This document shows, one piece after another, positions 15,526 through 22,776 of a DNA stretch of 22,776 bases. The notes under the pieces were generated by a model that did not search any database, had not been told where the DNA came from, and was given only the letters and a program-made list of their open reading frames with translations. Numbering within the stretch: the stretch's first letter is position 1; the number at the start of each line of letters is the position of its first letter. The DNA lies in IMG/VR virus record IMGVR_UViG_2934853166_000001; one strand, 5' to 3'. Source of the stretch: an uncultured virus (IMG/VR IMGVR_UViG_2934853166_000001). Lineage: Duplodnaviria; Heunggongvirae; Uroviricota; Caudoviricetes. The position numbers were made by a program, and so were the translations under genes.

Positions 15526-15938
15526 GGCCGCCACGCCTCCCGGTATCCGGGCCAGGTCGCGTACGCCGAGGCGATTGACTTGACGTCATCCAGGTAGGCG
15601 ACGGCGGCAGCTTGGCTGATGTCGTTCGGCCAGCCTCTGGCTTTGGCGTGTGCCGCATGGTCGGCGGCGGTCTTGTATCTGGCGATGATGGCGCGGTGGG
15701 CGGCCACCAAGGCGAGCACCTGTTCGGGATCGTTGCCGGCGATGTGTTCGCCGTGTTCTTCTTCGAGATCGCCGTATAGGCCGGTGACGATCGACCCAGG
15801 ATGCCTGGACGCGTCGGCGGGGTAGACGCCCCCGCCGGGGCTGTATGTCCAGTTGGCTCCGTGGTTGGCGGCTGCGTGTGCTCGCTGTTCGATGCGGTCG
15901 AGCACCCCGGTCAGCCACGGCGTAGGGTCGTCGGTCAC
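15522..15938 (-). CDS. DUF6221-like protein, paralogue 3
   Basis: VTDDPTPWL...HIAGNDPEQVLALVAAHRAII...IASAYATWPGYREAWRP; GTGA overlap. Confidence 0.8.
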   Translation of the reverse strand: MTDDPTPWLTGVLDRIEQRAHAAANHGANWTYSPGGGVYPADASRHPGSIVTGLYGDLEEEHGEHIAGNDPEQVLALVAAHRAIIARYKTAADHAAHAKARGWPNDISQAAAVAYLDDVKSIASAYATWPGYREAWRP

Positions 15939-16234
15939 GTCGGCCGCCATTCCTCGCGGTAGCCGTCCTGCTCGGCGTACGCCAGGGCGAGGTGCTCCCG
16001 CACGCGGACGGCCATCCCGTCCGTGGCTGCCTCTGCGCCGTTTCGGACGTATTCTGCGGCGTCGTCGAGGACACGCCGCTTGGCGTACACGTCGCCGATC
16101 AGGAAGTCGCCTGTCTGGGTCAGGAAGCGGGCCGCCTCGCCGGGGAGGGCGTACGCCATGGTTTTGAGGGTTTCGCCCTTGAGGCGCTGGTTTTCGAGCT
16201 GCTGGTCGAGCCACATGGCGAGGTCGTCGGTCAC
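15935..16234 (-). CDS. DUF6221-like protein, paralogue 2
   Basis: VTDDLAMWLDQQL...DVYAKRRVLD...LALAYAEQDGYREEWRPT; GTGA overlap. Confidence 0.8.
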   Translation of the reverse strand: MTDDLAMWLDQQLENQRLKGETLKTMAYALPGEAARFLTQTGDFLIGDVYAKRRVLDDAAEYVRNGAEAATDGMAVRVREHLALAYAEQDGYREEWRPT

Positions 16235-16659
16235 TGCTCTCCCCACATCTCCTGGTAGCCGGGTCGGTCGTCGTAGACGGCGGCGAGGGCACGCCGCTCC
16301 GGGCAGTCGTTGACGTTCGCCACAACCGGGTCGTCGCAGTCGCCTTCGTAGCCGCATCCGTGGCAGCAGTTATCAGACGACCATCCGGCAGAGTCGGGGT
16401 AGACGTCTGCGCGTCGGCGGTGGATGTCGAGGATAGTGCGCTTGAACGCGACCTCACGCAGGGTGCGGCTCGGGTCGTTGAGTGCCATGTGTTCGGCTGC
16501 GCCGTCGATGTACACCCAGTCGACCACGTCGTCCGGCGGATTGCCGGCGTGGATGGTGCCGTCGAGGGCCCATGTGCGGTCTTTCTCAGGCACCCTGAGT
16601 GCGGTGCGCTCGTCCTCGTCGATCTGGGCGTGGAGCCAGGCTGCCTGCTCGTCGGTCAT
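16231..16659 (-). CDS. DUF6221-like protein, paralogue 1
   Basis: MTDEQAAWLHAQIDEDERTA...HMALNDPSRTLREVAFKRTIL...CPERRALAAVYDDRPGYQEMW. Confidence 0.85.
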   Translation of the reverse strand: MTDEQAAWLHAQIDEDERTALRVPEKDRTWALDGTIHAGNPPDDVVDWVYIDGAAEHMALNDPSRTLREVAFKRTILDIHRRRADVYPDSAGWSSDNCCHGCGYEGDCDDPVVANVNDCPERRALAAVYDDRPGYQEMWGEQ

Positions 16660-16838
16660 GCGGACTGCCCCGGTGATGAGTCGGAGAGCAGCGGCCCGAT
16701 GGTGTCACGGACCTCGTCGGCTATCCGCGCAGTCTCGTCGGCGAGTTGTCTGAGCGCGGGCCGGACGGCTTCGGTGAACGTGGCGGCGACGTGTTCGGCG
16801 GATTCCGCGATCAGCGCGAAGGGGTTCGGGTGGGTCAT
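16656..16838 (-). CDS. Hypothetical helical protein (60 aa)
   Basis: GAAGAGG RBS; stop overlaps the next start. Confidence 0.6.
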   Translation of the reverse strand: MTHPNPFALIAESAEHVAATFTEAVRPALRQLADETARIADEVRDTIGPLLSDSSPGQSA

Positions 16839-16845
16839 GGCCTCT

Positions 16846-17091
16846 TCATCCTCGGAGAGCGTCGATGACGATGTTCCGTTTCGTTCTGATCCGTGCGGCT
16901 AGCCCGTCCACGGTGCGCGCCTCCGGGTGTGACGTTGACCGTGCGTCGCGGATGGCTTGGTCGCGGACGTGTTGGGCTTGTTTGAGGGTTGCCCGGCCGT
17001 TGGTGATGAACTCTTGACAGGCTGCGGCTCGCGCCACCGGGTCGGCAATGCGGTTGAGCGCCGCAATGGTGGCGTTTTCCCTGGTGGGCAT
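16846..17091 (-). CDS. Small HTH-like regulator (81 aa), probably leaderless
   Basis: ATG lies 6 nt after TACAAT. The segment VRDQAIRDAR...TVDGLAARIRTKRNIV resembles a helix followed by an HTH. Confidence 0.7.
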   Translation of the reverse strand: MPTRENATIAALNRIADPVARAAACQEFITNGRATLKQAQHVRDQAIRDARSTSHPEARTVDGLAARIRTKRNIVIDALRG

Positions 17092-17097
17092 GCATTT

Positions 17098-17141
17098 ATT
17101 GTACGTGTTGCGTGCCGCATATAGCATGCGTCATGGCGCAT
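17098..17141. promoter_or_regulatory. Overlapping divergent promoter elements with operator-like palindromes
   Basis: Minus-strand -10 TACAAT (17098-17103). Plus-strand TTGTAC-N17-TAGCAT (17099-17127). Palindromes TGCGtgcCGCA (17109-17119) and ATGCGTCATGGCGCAT (17126-17141). The patch is AT-rich. Confidence 0.6.
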
Positions 17142-17443
17142 TATTCGCGTTTGCTGCCGCAGTTTTTGGGCCGCATCCAGTACGACTCTTCGGTGTAGTC
17201 GAATCGCTCCCACCCGTCGCGGCCGGCGTGAACGTTGCGCACCCATCCGTCGCCGTCCGGTGGCACGTCGGAGTAGTCCCACGCTTTCCGCTGGCCTTCG
17301 GTGGTGGCGTACTCCCAGTCGGGGTGTGCCATGTCGGCGTGAAGCTCTGGGTCGGTGCGTCGGCGCTGCTGGGCGTAGTAGACGGCCATGCTTTCGGCGT
17401 GGGTGCGCTGCCGGCAGAGGGCATGGGGGATGGTGTCGTTCAC
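17141..17443 (-). CDS. Hypothetical protein (100 aa, Trp-rich)
   Basis: GTGA overlap and GGAGG RBS; sequence includes DWEYATTEG...GDGWVRN...GWERFDYTEESYWMRP. Confidence 0.75.
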   Translation of the reverse strand: MNDTIPHALCRQRTHAESMAVYYAQQRRRTDPELHADMAHPDWEYATTEGQRKAWDYSDVPPDGDGWVRNVHAGRDGWERFDYTEESYWMRPKNCGSKRE

Positions 17444-17658
17444 GGATGGCCTCCGGTGGGTTCGTCGGCGGCGTCGAACAGGTCGGGTCCGTCCTGCGGT
17501 TCGGCGCGCGGCCGGGGGATGGCTGGCGTGGTGAGGCCGTACCGCCGGGCGCATTCCGGCCCGTACCCGCCCGGCCCGGGGTGTTTGAGCACCTTCCGGC
17601 AGAACGGGTTGGCGCAGCGCAGAGGTTCGGGTGCGCCCGGCAGCAGCGGCAGGGTCAT
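17440..17658 (-). CDS. Small zinc-finger protein (DUF6011-like)
   Basis: C....CRKVL......GYGPECA motif; ATG lies just after the ligase stop. Confidence 0.7.
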   Translation of the reverse strand: MTLPLLPGAPEPLRCANPFCRKVLKHPGPGGYGPECARRYGLTTPAIPRPRAEPQDGPDLFDAADEPTGGHP

Positions 17659-17662
17659 CGGG

Positions 17663-18247
17663 TCAGCCGGTCGGGAAGTCTCGGCGCTTGAGCTTCGCGC
17701 GCCTGCCATCCGGGTGATGCCACACGATGCCCTCCCACTTCGGGTGGGCGAGTGTCCAGTTCCGCAGACCGTCGAAGTCGAGACGCAAGTCCGCCAGGGC
17801 GACGTCGTCCACCGCAGCCCGGTAGCCGTGCCGCACCAGCAAATGTTCCGACACGTTCTCCGGGTTCCCGTTGACGCGCGGCCCCACCAGCTCGTAGGTG
17901 GCGTCTGCCTGCGGGATCCGGCCGATCGGGTGGTCGATGATGTCGCGGGTGAGGGCGTCGGCGTGGAACTTGGCGAACGACGACTGTTCGATGGGTTCCC
18001 ATCCGACCGTCTTGCCGGTGGTGTCGTCGGTCATGACGGGCCGGTAGCCGGCGGGGGTCTTCTTGCCGGGCTTCACCTCGCGGCGCGCCCACCAGTGGTT
18101 GCCGTCGAACAGCACGCAGGTTCCGTCGTATTTGCGGGTGGGGGTGCCTTCTCCGTCGAGCACCCACTTGCAGTCGGGGTGTACGTCGGGGGTGACGTGC
18201 CGCATGTCGTCGGGGTTGCGGAGGAACAGGGTGGGGATCTTGCGCAT
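17663..18247 (-). CDS. DUF5565 / RLIG1(C12orf29)-like ATP-dependent RNA ligase
   Basis: ATG at 18247 follows GGAG; starts MRKIPTLF. Nucleotidyltransferase motifs KYDGT (I), TYELVGPRVNGNP (III), EGIVW (IV) and AKLK (V). Confidence 0.8.
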   Translation of the reverse strand: MRKIPTLFLRNPDDMRHVTPDVHPDCKWVLDGEGTPTRKYDGTCVLFDGNHWWARREVKPGKKTPAGYRPVMTDDTTGKTVGWEPIEQSSFAKFHADALTRDIIDHPIGRIPQADATYELVGPRVNGNPENVSEHLLVRHGYRAAVDDVALADLRLDFDGLRNWTLAHPKWEGIVWHHPDGRRAKLKRRDFPTG

Positions 18248-18270
18248 GGTTGTCTCCGTTCGCTGGCGGT

Positions 18271-18660
18271 TCAGTGCTGCTGTGCCGGGTTGGGGGTGGG
18301 CTCGGGTACCGCGCCGGTCCGTTCGGCGGTTGTGGGGGCGCTCAGCGGGCCGGGGCCCCACTCTGGCGCGAACGCCTCACCGAACTGGTCACCGTCGCCG
18401 CGATGCCATCCGACGTGACCGGCGGGCAGCACGCACGTCTGCCGTGGGGCGTGGGTGACAGTCGGACACCAGTCGCCGCAGCGGCCGACAGCGCGGTTGG
18501 CCACCGTGAGGGCTGCTACGAGGCCGGCGCGCACAGCATCCCTCTCCACTGACACCGCGTCGCCTTGGCTGATGGGTGCGCGGGCTTTCCACGTGGCGGC
18601 GTAGGCGCGGCTGTATGCCTCCACCATGGCGTCGGTGACGAGCAGCGGAATGTCGGTCAC
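18271..18660 (-). CDS. Hypothetical protein (VTDAMVEA helix plus C..C.L..GH.GWH metal-binding motif)
   Basis: GTGA overlap and GAGG RBS. Confidence 0.7.
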   Translation of the reverse strand: MTDIPLLVTDAMVEAYSRAYAATWKARAPISQGDAVSVERDAVRAGLVAALTVANRAVGRCGDWCPTVTHAPRQTCVLPAGHVGWHRGDGDQFGEAFAPEWGPGPLSAPTTAERTGAVPEPTPNPAQQH

Positions 18661-18932
18661 GGCGTCGCCTCACTGGTTTGGTTGGTGCGCTCGCAACCCG
18701 GGGTGGTGCAGCGGGCAACGTCGCCGTCCCACTCGACGGTGACGACCGGTCGACCGTCCGGGCCGGTGCGGTCGGAGTGCCCGGGGATCGGGCACATCCA
18801 GAAGCGGATCCTCACGCCGCCCAGGGCGTCGAGCATCTCGTCGAAGGTGAGTGTCTGGTCGAGCTGGCAGCCGTCCCCGTTGAGGGGCAGGCAGATAGCG
18901 TGCGTGCAGCCAGCGTGAGGGGCATCGGTCAC
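18657..18932 (-). CDS. Hypothetical Cys/His-rich protein (91 aa)
   Basis: GTGA overlaps at both ends; GGAGGTG RBS. Confidence 0.7.
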   Translation of the reverse strand: MTDAPHAGCTHAICLPLNGDGCQLDQTLTFDEMLDALGGVRIRFWMCPIPGHSDRTGPDGRPVVTVEWDGDVARCTTPGCERTNQTSEATP

Positions 18933-19291
18933 GGGGTCACCTCCGGGATGGGCTGGATCTCGTGTTCGAGCACGCCGAGCATGTTGGCGATGTCTTCGCC
19001 TGCCGCCTCAAGGCCACGCGCGAACGCCCGATGCATGGCGGCCTGCCGCTTGTCCCGCTCGCCGCCGGTCTTGGCGCGTTCCTGGGAGCGTGTGTAGCCG
19101 GTGGTGGCCCGGTAGCCGGCGGCGTGGTCGTGCAGCTTCCAGTACAGGTGGGTGAGGGTGGCCGTGTAGGCGGCGTCGGCTGCCGCCTGGAACGCTTCGC
19201 CGGTGCCGAGCCCTTCCCGATCGGTGTAGGCGGCGCGGGTGGCGGCGCGTACCGCCTCGGGGGCGGACACGCGGTGCGGGGCGGTGGTCAC
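18929..19291 (-). CDS. Hypothetical helical protein (120 aa)
   Basis: GTG at 19291 overlaps the upstream stop; GAGGTG RBS. Confidence 0.7.
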   Translation of the reverse strand: MTTAPHRVSAPEAVRAATRAAYTDREGLGTGEAFQAAADAAYTATLTHLYWKLHDHAAGYRATTGYTRSQERAKTGGERDKRQAAMHRAFARGLEAAGEDIANMLGVLEHEIQPIPEVTP

Positions 19292-19872
19292 TGCTGCACC
19301 TCGAATTCCGTCCACGGGCCGGTCAGCGTCGAACCGTCCCGATACTCGGTCACCGTCCGCCTGCGCCCGTCGAGGGGCACCCGATGCAGACGCCTCGCGG
19401 CGCTCACCTCGCGGGCAAGTCGGGTGTCGAACTCGTCTGCTGGCCACGAGTAGCTGATTCCGTTGACGCCCCGGCCGGGTGCGGCCCGGTCGTCGACCCA
19501 GTTGATGTCGGCCTCAACGGTGGTCGTTCCTCCGCCGTCGGCGTCCAGGGCGTTGAGGACGGCGGTGGTGACATGCCCTCGTTCGGTCAGGGCCACGAAT
19601 CGGTTGACCTCGCTGAGGGCACGGGTGAGGGCGTTGAACGCGGTGGTGTAGCGGTGACGGCTTCCGGAGTACGGGGGGAGCTTCGATGCAAACCGAGCGG
19701 GGATGGTCGTGTCGGTCGGTTGCGTCTCGGTGACGGGCTCGCCCTGGGCCCGGTCGTATGCGGCGAGTAGGCAGGTGTAGTCGTCGCACAGGTGCGCGCC
19801 AACGATGCCGTCGGCGGTGGTGGACGGCTTGCCGCAGGACTCGCAGGGGGTGCGCTCGGTCGTGTCGGTCAC
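19288..19872 (-). CDS. Hypothetical protein with N-terminal CxxC...C....C zinc motif (194 aa)
   Basis: GTG at 19872 overlaps the upstream stop; GAGGAGG RBS. Confidence 0.7.
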   Translation of the reverse strand: MTDTTERTPCESCGKPSTTADGIVGAHLCDDYTCLLAAYDRAQGEPVTETQPTDTTIPARFASKLPPYSGSRHRYTTAFNALTRALSEVNRFVALTERGHVTTAVLNALDADGGGTTTVEADINWVDDRAAPGRGVNGISYSWPADEFDTRLAREVSAARRLHRVPLDGRRRTVTEYRDGSTLTGPWTEFEVQQ

Positions 19873-20141
19873 GCCCACGCCTCCTCACGCAGCGCCTCCG
19901 CGAACTCGTCCCGGCTGTACGGCCACTCGATCAGCTTGGCGTTGTAGAACACCGAGTGCGGCAGGTTCTTGGTCCGCTCCTTGGCGTCCTGCTCGTCGAG
20001 GAACGTCGCCAGCTTCTCCGCCTCCGCCCGGTCGAGGAACGGAACCAGCTCGTCGGCGGCTTGGACGTGGACGGCCCACAGGTCGGGTGGGGTGGGCATG
20101 CCGGGCAGCGGCACATCGGTCGTAGTCAGGGTGTCGGTCAT
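19869..20141 (-). CDS. Hypothetical protein (90 aa)
   Basis: ATGA overlap; sequence includes LWAVHVQAADEL...WPYSRDEFAEAL. Confidence 0.72.
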   Translation of the reverse strand: MTDTLTTTDVPLPGMPTPPDLWAVHVQAADELVPFLDRAEAEKLATFLDEQDAKERTKNLPHSVFYNAKLIEWPYSRDEFAEALREEAWA

Positions 20142-20416
20142 CGGTGGCTCCCATCGGTTTCGGCGGCTTGGATGTCATCCCAGCCGGGCTGGTAGTCGGG
20201 GTGCTCCACACCTGCCACGCACATCGCCATGCAGTACGGGCACCGGTACTGGCCGAGCGGCACGCCGACGAGTTGTTGCGGCTCCCACGGCCACGGGCAG
20301 CGTTCGCCGTCCTCGTTGAGCGGCGCGGTGATGGTCAGGTCTTTCGACAGGTCAATGTGGGTGGCGTCGGCGGGTGCGATGTCCTGCCAGCGGCGGGTTG
20401 CGGTCGTGTCGGTCAC
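20138..20416 (-). CDS. Hypothetical protein with CPWPW...CPYC...HPDY motif (92 aa)
   Basis: GAGGAG RBS; stop overlaps the next start. Confidence 0.75.
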   Translation of the reverse strand: MTDTTATRRWQDIAPADATHIDLSKDLTITAPLNEDGERCPWPWEPQQLVGVPLGQYRCPYCMAMCVAGVEHPDYQPGWDDIQAAETDGSHR

Positions 20417-20426
20417 GGGTGTCTCC

Positions 20427-21029
20427 TCAGGCGGGGATCAGGGGTTCGGGTGCGGTCGGGTTGAGCAGCCGGGCCAGGCGGACGCGAGACGGCATCGTGA
20501 CGGTGCGGGCCTCCGGGTTGATGTGGATAACGGGCAGCCCGAGCTGGTGGGCTTTGCTCACCGCCGAGTAGGTGCCGCCGTCGCGCTTGGACGGGCACCA
20601 CACCGCCACCACGGCGTTGGAGGCAACCAGCATCCCGTCGTTGCGCTTGTGCAGCAGCGACACGGCGACCCGCTTACGGGCGCGCTCGGCCAGGCCGGCG
20701 AGCGTCCCGTACACCACCTCACGGTCGGCCAGCTCCCGCAGCCGCTCCCACTCGGCGACAGCCTCCGGGTTGCGCCGCCTCCACGGGTCGGGCTGCTCGG
20801 GGAACGGGATATGCGCGGTGTACGCGACTTCGGCGAGGTGAAGGGACTGCGCCCACCACATGTCCGCGCCCAACGCCATGCCGGTGGCACCGCAGGTGAG
20901 GCCGTGGTGGTCGCGGAGTTTCACGGCGATCCGGTCCAGTTCGCCGCGCACCCAGTCCACGGCGTCGTCGGACAAGTGCTGGGGGCGGTGGCCGGTCACC
21001 ATCACCATCGGCCACACCGGGCCGGTCAC
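20427..21029 (-). CDS. SLOG-superfamily protein, YspA/DUF1273-like
   Basis: Motifs VTGHRP, TGMALGADMWWA, HIPF.EQ...W, RNDGML, VAVW.....GGTYSAVSKA and PVIHINP. Confidence 0.88.
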   Translation of the reverse strand: MTGPVWPMVMVTGHRPQHLSDDAVDWVRGELDRIAVKLRDHHGLTCGATGMALGADMWWAQSLHLAEVAYTAHIPFPEQPDPWRRRNPEAVAEWERLRELADREVVYGTLAGLAERARKRVAVSLLHKRNDGMLVASNAVVAVWCPSKRDGGTYSAVSKAHQLGLPVIHINPEARTVTMPSRVRLARLLNPTAPEPLIPA

Positions 21030-21769
21030 GACAGCGCCCCGTCAATCAGGGCGAAGCGGGGCCGAGGCGGACCGCCAGCAACCATCGGTTGCGACGGTGA
21101 CGCAGAAGACACAACCAGCCGGAGAGCCGGGCGCTCCCACCCGTCAACCTCGGGCGGCGGCACCCACTTCGGATCCAAGCCCTGCCACAGCGCAGGCCAG
21201 TCCAGCGAGATGTGTCGGGCCAGCGCGCCACCCGCGTTCGCCGGGGGCCGGGGAATTTCGACGGAAGCGCACGCCTCCCTGTTCGCCCGGGTCTGCTCCT
21301 GCCACCAGTCCGTGTGCCGCCGGCATGCCCCGACCATGCGCCGCCGACCGGTCGCCGGGTCGGTCAACGTCGTCGCCACCGTGACCGTCTTGCCGCACCT
21401 CGGCTTCCGTGGGGTCTTCGCCCCGCACACCGTGTGACCGCGTTTACCGCCGGGCTGGTCGGCCCACAGGTCGTAGCGGCGGATGTCCTTCGTGAGGACG
21501 TCATGCACGCGCCACACGTCCGGGCGGGTCTCTTGCGCCGTCCACTGGCCGAAGCTGTTCATCGCCGGCCGGGTGGCAACCGGGTACAGGTCGCGGGCCG
21601 CAGCTTCCACACTCCAGCCGTTCTCGCCTTCCGGCGGGTCACGCAGGATGGTGGCGCGGGCAAGCCACATGCCGACAAGCAGAAGGTCGCCGGTCACGTC
21701 GGGGTCGGCGTGTAGGGCGGCAATGGTCTGGTTGTAGCGGCGCAGGTCGGTGTACGACGGGTCAGTCAT
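21026..21769 (-). CDS. Hypothetical protein with a CCCH-like zinc motif (247 aa)
   Basis: ATG at 21769 overlaps the upstream stop (ATGACTGA); contains CGAKTPRKPRC...ACRRH. Confidence 0.72.
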   Translation of the reverse strand: MTDPSYTDLRRYNQTIAALHADPDVTGDLLLVGMWLARATILRDPPEGENGWSVEAAARDLYPVATRPAMNSFGQWTAQETRPDVWRVHDVLTKDIRRYDLWADQPGGKRGHTVCGAKTPRKPRCGKTVTVATTLTDPATGRRRMVGACRRHTDWWQEQTRANREACASVEIPRPPANAGGALARHISLDWPALWQGLDPKWVPPPEVDGWERPALRLVVSSASPSQPMVAGGPPRPRFALIDGALS

Positions 21770-22034
21770 GGATGCCGTCCATCCGGTGTAACTCCAGGGC
21801 GTGCCGGGCTGCCTCACCCCGACGCACCGCCCGCTCCAACACCTGCCGCACCGCAGCCAGCAACTCCGCATACTCGGGTGCCGTGTCGTCCGTGGGCACC
21901 ATCAGGTTGCCGCGCAGCTCGGCCGAGCCGGGCCAGCCCATCCGCACGTAGCCGCGACCGTGGCCGGCGGTGGTGAACCCGGCGGCAGTCAAGGCGGCGA
22001 CCAGACGCAGGCCAGCGTTGTTCGGGGCGGTCAC
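21762..22034 (-). CDS. Hypothetical protein (90 aa), possible HicA/dsRBD-like fold
   Basis: GTGA overlap; sequence LVAALTAAGF...GRGYVRM....NLMVPTD followed by a helix. Confidence 0.6.
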   Translation of the reverse strand: MTAPNNAGLRLVAALTAAGFTTAGHGRGYVRMGWPGSAELRGNLMVPTDDTAPEYAELLAAVRQVLERAVRRGEAARHALELHRMDGIHD

Positions 22035-22603
22035 GCGGCCACCCCCGCCGTGTCGGCGCACATCACGCACCGGGGAACACCAAACCGGTCCAGGACGCCG
22101 TCAGACGAACGCCTGCACGACACGCACACCCCAAGCATCGGCTCCGGGCCCAGGAACACGGCGTGCTCCCCAACCACCCACGCAAACGCCTGGGCGAAGG
22201 TGTGCCTGTACGGGATCGGCGTGTACGGGGACCGCCACGGCGACGAGTCCGTGCAGTAGAAGGGCCGCCACCCGTAGGCCATCAGGAAAGCCCGCCGGCC
22301 CTCGCGCCGGACATGCCGGGCGACCCTGTCGGCGGGGGTGCCGCAGGCGAGCTGGGCGTGGATGCTGCGGGCAGCATCGGCGGCGTGGTCGGCGTCCGTG
22401 AGACGTGTGGCGCTGATCCGCCCGGCGTCGGCTACCCGCAGAGGGTGGGCGGGAACGCTCTGCCCGCCGTCGAGGCACGACCGGCGAGACTCGGCCCGAC
22501 AGGTGAGGCAGGGAATGTCGGAGGCGCGTACGACGGGGTAGGCGGCCAGGTAGGCGGCGCGTGTGTCGTCGGCGTACCGGTCGGCGGTGATCGTGTCGGT
22601 CAT
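22031..22603 (-). CDS. Zinc-finger hypothetical protein (190 aa)
   Basis: ATG at 22603 follows GGAGG. Motifs CLTCRA....SC......AHPLR and C-terminal CVSC...CVMC. Confidence 0.75.
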   Translation of the reverse strand: MTDTITADRYADDTRAAYLAAYPVVRASDIPCLTCRAESRRSCLDGGQSVPAHPLRVADAGRISATRLTDADHAADAARSIHAQLACGTPADRVARHVRREGRRAFLMAYGWRPFYCTDSSPWRSPYTPIPYRHTFAQAFAWVVGEHAVFLGPEPMLGVCVSCRRSSDGVLDRFGVPRCVMCADTAGVAA

Positions 22604-22776
22604 GCGGCGGCCTCCATCCGCTCGTGTCGGGCAGGGTTCAGGGGCGGGCAATCCTGCGGGTCGTGCCCGCACACACCAGGAACCAGGAAGGTGATGCCGT
22701 CGCGGGACGCCGTCACCCGGCCATCCGGGCGGACGGTCACGTCGTAGTCGTTGCGGGACAGCCAGTCGGCGGCCAT
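22600..22776 (-). CDS. Hypothetical protein, possibly 5'-truncated by the window edge
   Basis: Open frame MAADWLSRNDYDVTVRPDG...MEAAA* ending in an ATGA overlap with the next gene. Confidence 0.6.
   Translation of the reverse strand: MAADWLSRNDYDVTVRPDGRVTASRDGITFLVPGVCGHDPQDCPPLNPARHERMEAAA

Larger units (their letters stand above)
1..22776. mobile_element. Tailed phage/prophage segment of a high-GC actinobacterium (early/middle genes, late switch, packaging and head module)
   Basis: Co-oriented terS-terL-portal-MuF-protease-cement-major capsid order, preceded by a dense chain of small overlapping ORFs. Boundaries and integration status are not visible. Confidence 0.95.

Noticed and set aside
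1..22776. CRISPR or other guide-RNA arrays, tRNA genes, DGR, retron, IS elements, att sites
   Set aside because: Intergenic gaps are all under about 170 nt, with no regular repeat-spacer pattern or cloverleaf seen. No reverse transcriptase, transposase or integrase motifs were recognised.

Overview
This is a high-GC actinobacterial (pro)phage segment with almost every gene on the minus strand. No integrase, att site or host gene is visible. Reading in the direction of transcription (right to left), it starts with about 25 small, translationally coupled early/middle genes (14.6-22.8 kb). These include a YspA-type SLOG protein, a DUF5565/RLIG1-like RNA ligase, a leaderless HTH gene and four tandem DUF6221-like paralogues, one of them frameshifted. 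Next come a Zn-finger + HTH regulator pair and a late promoter followed by a structured, terminator-containing leader. The packaging/head module follows: terS, terL, portal, MuF, an inserted Zn-finger HNH nuclease, protease-scaffold, DUF2190 cement protein and the major capsid protein. The window ends in a cluster of beta-rich putative virion appendage genes with a GH26-like glycoside hydrolase. The most unusual signal is a 26-aa beta-hairpin inserted into a small incomplete Ig-like protein and repeated as the N-terminus of the glycoside hydrolase, which suggests a hairpin-complemented fibre tipped with an enzyme. All family assignments come from motif recognition by eye; no searches were run.
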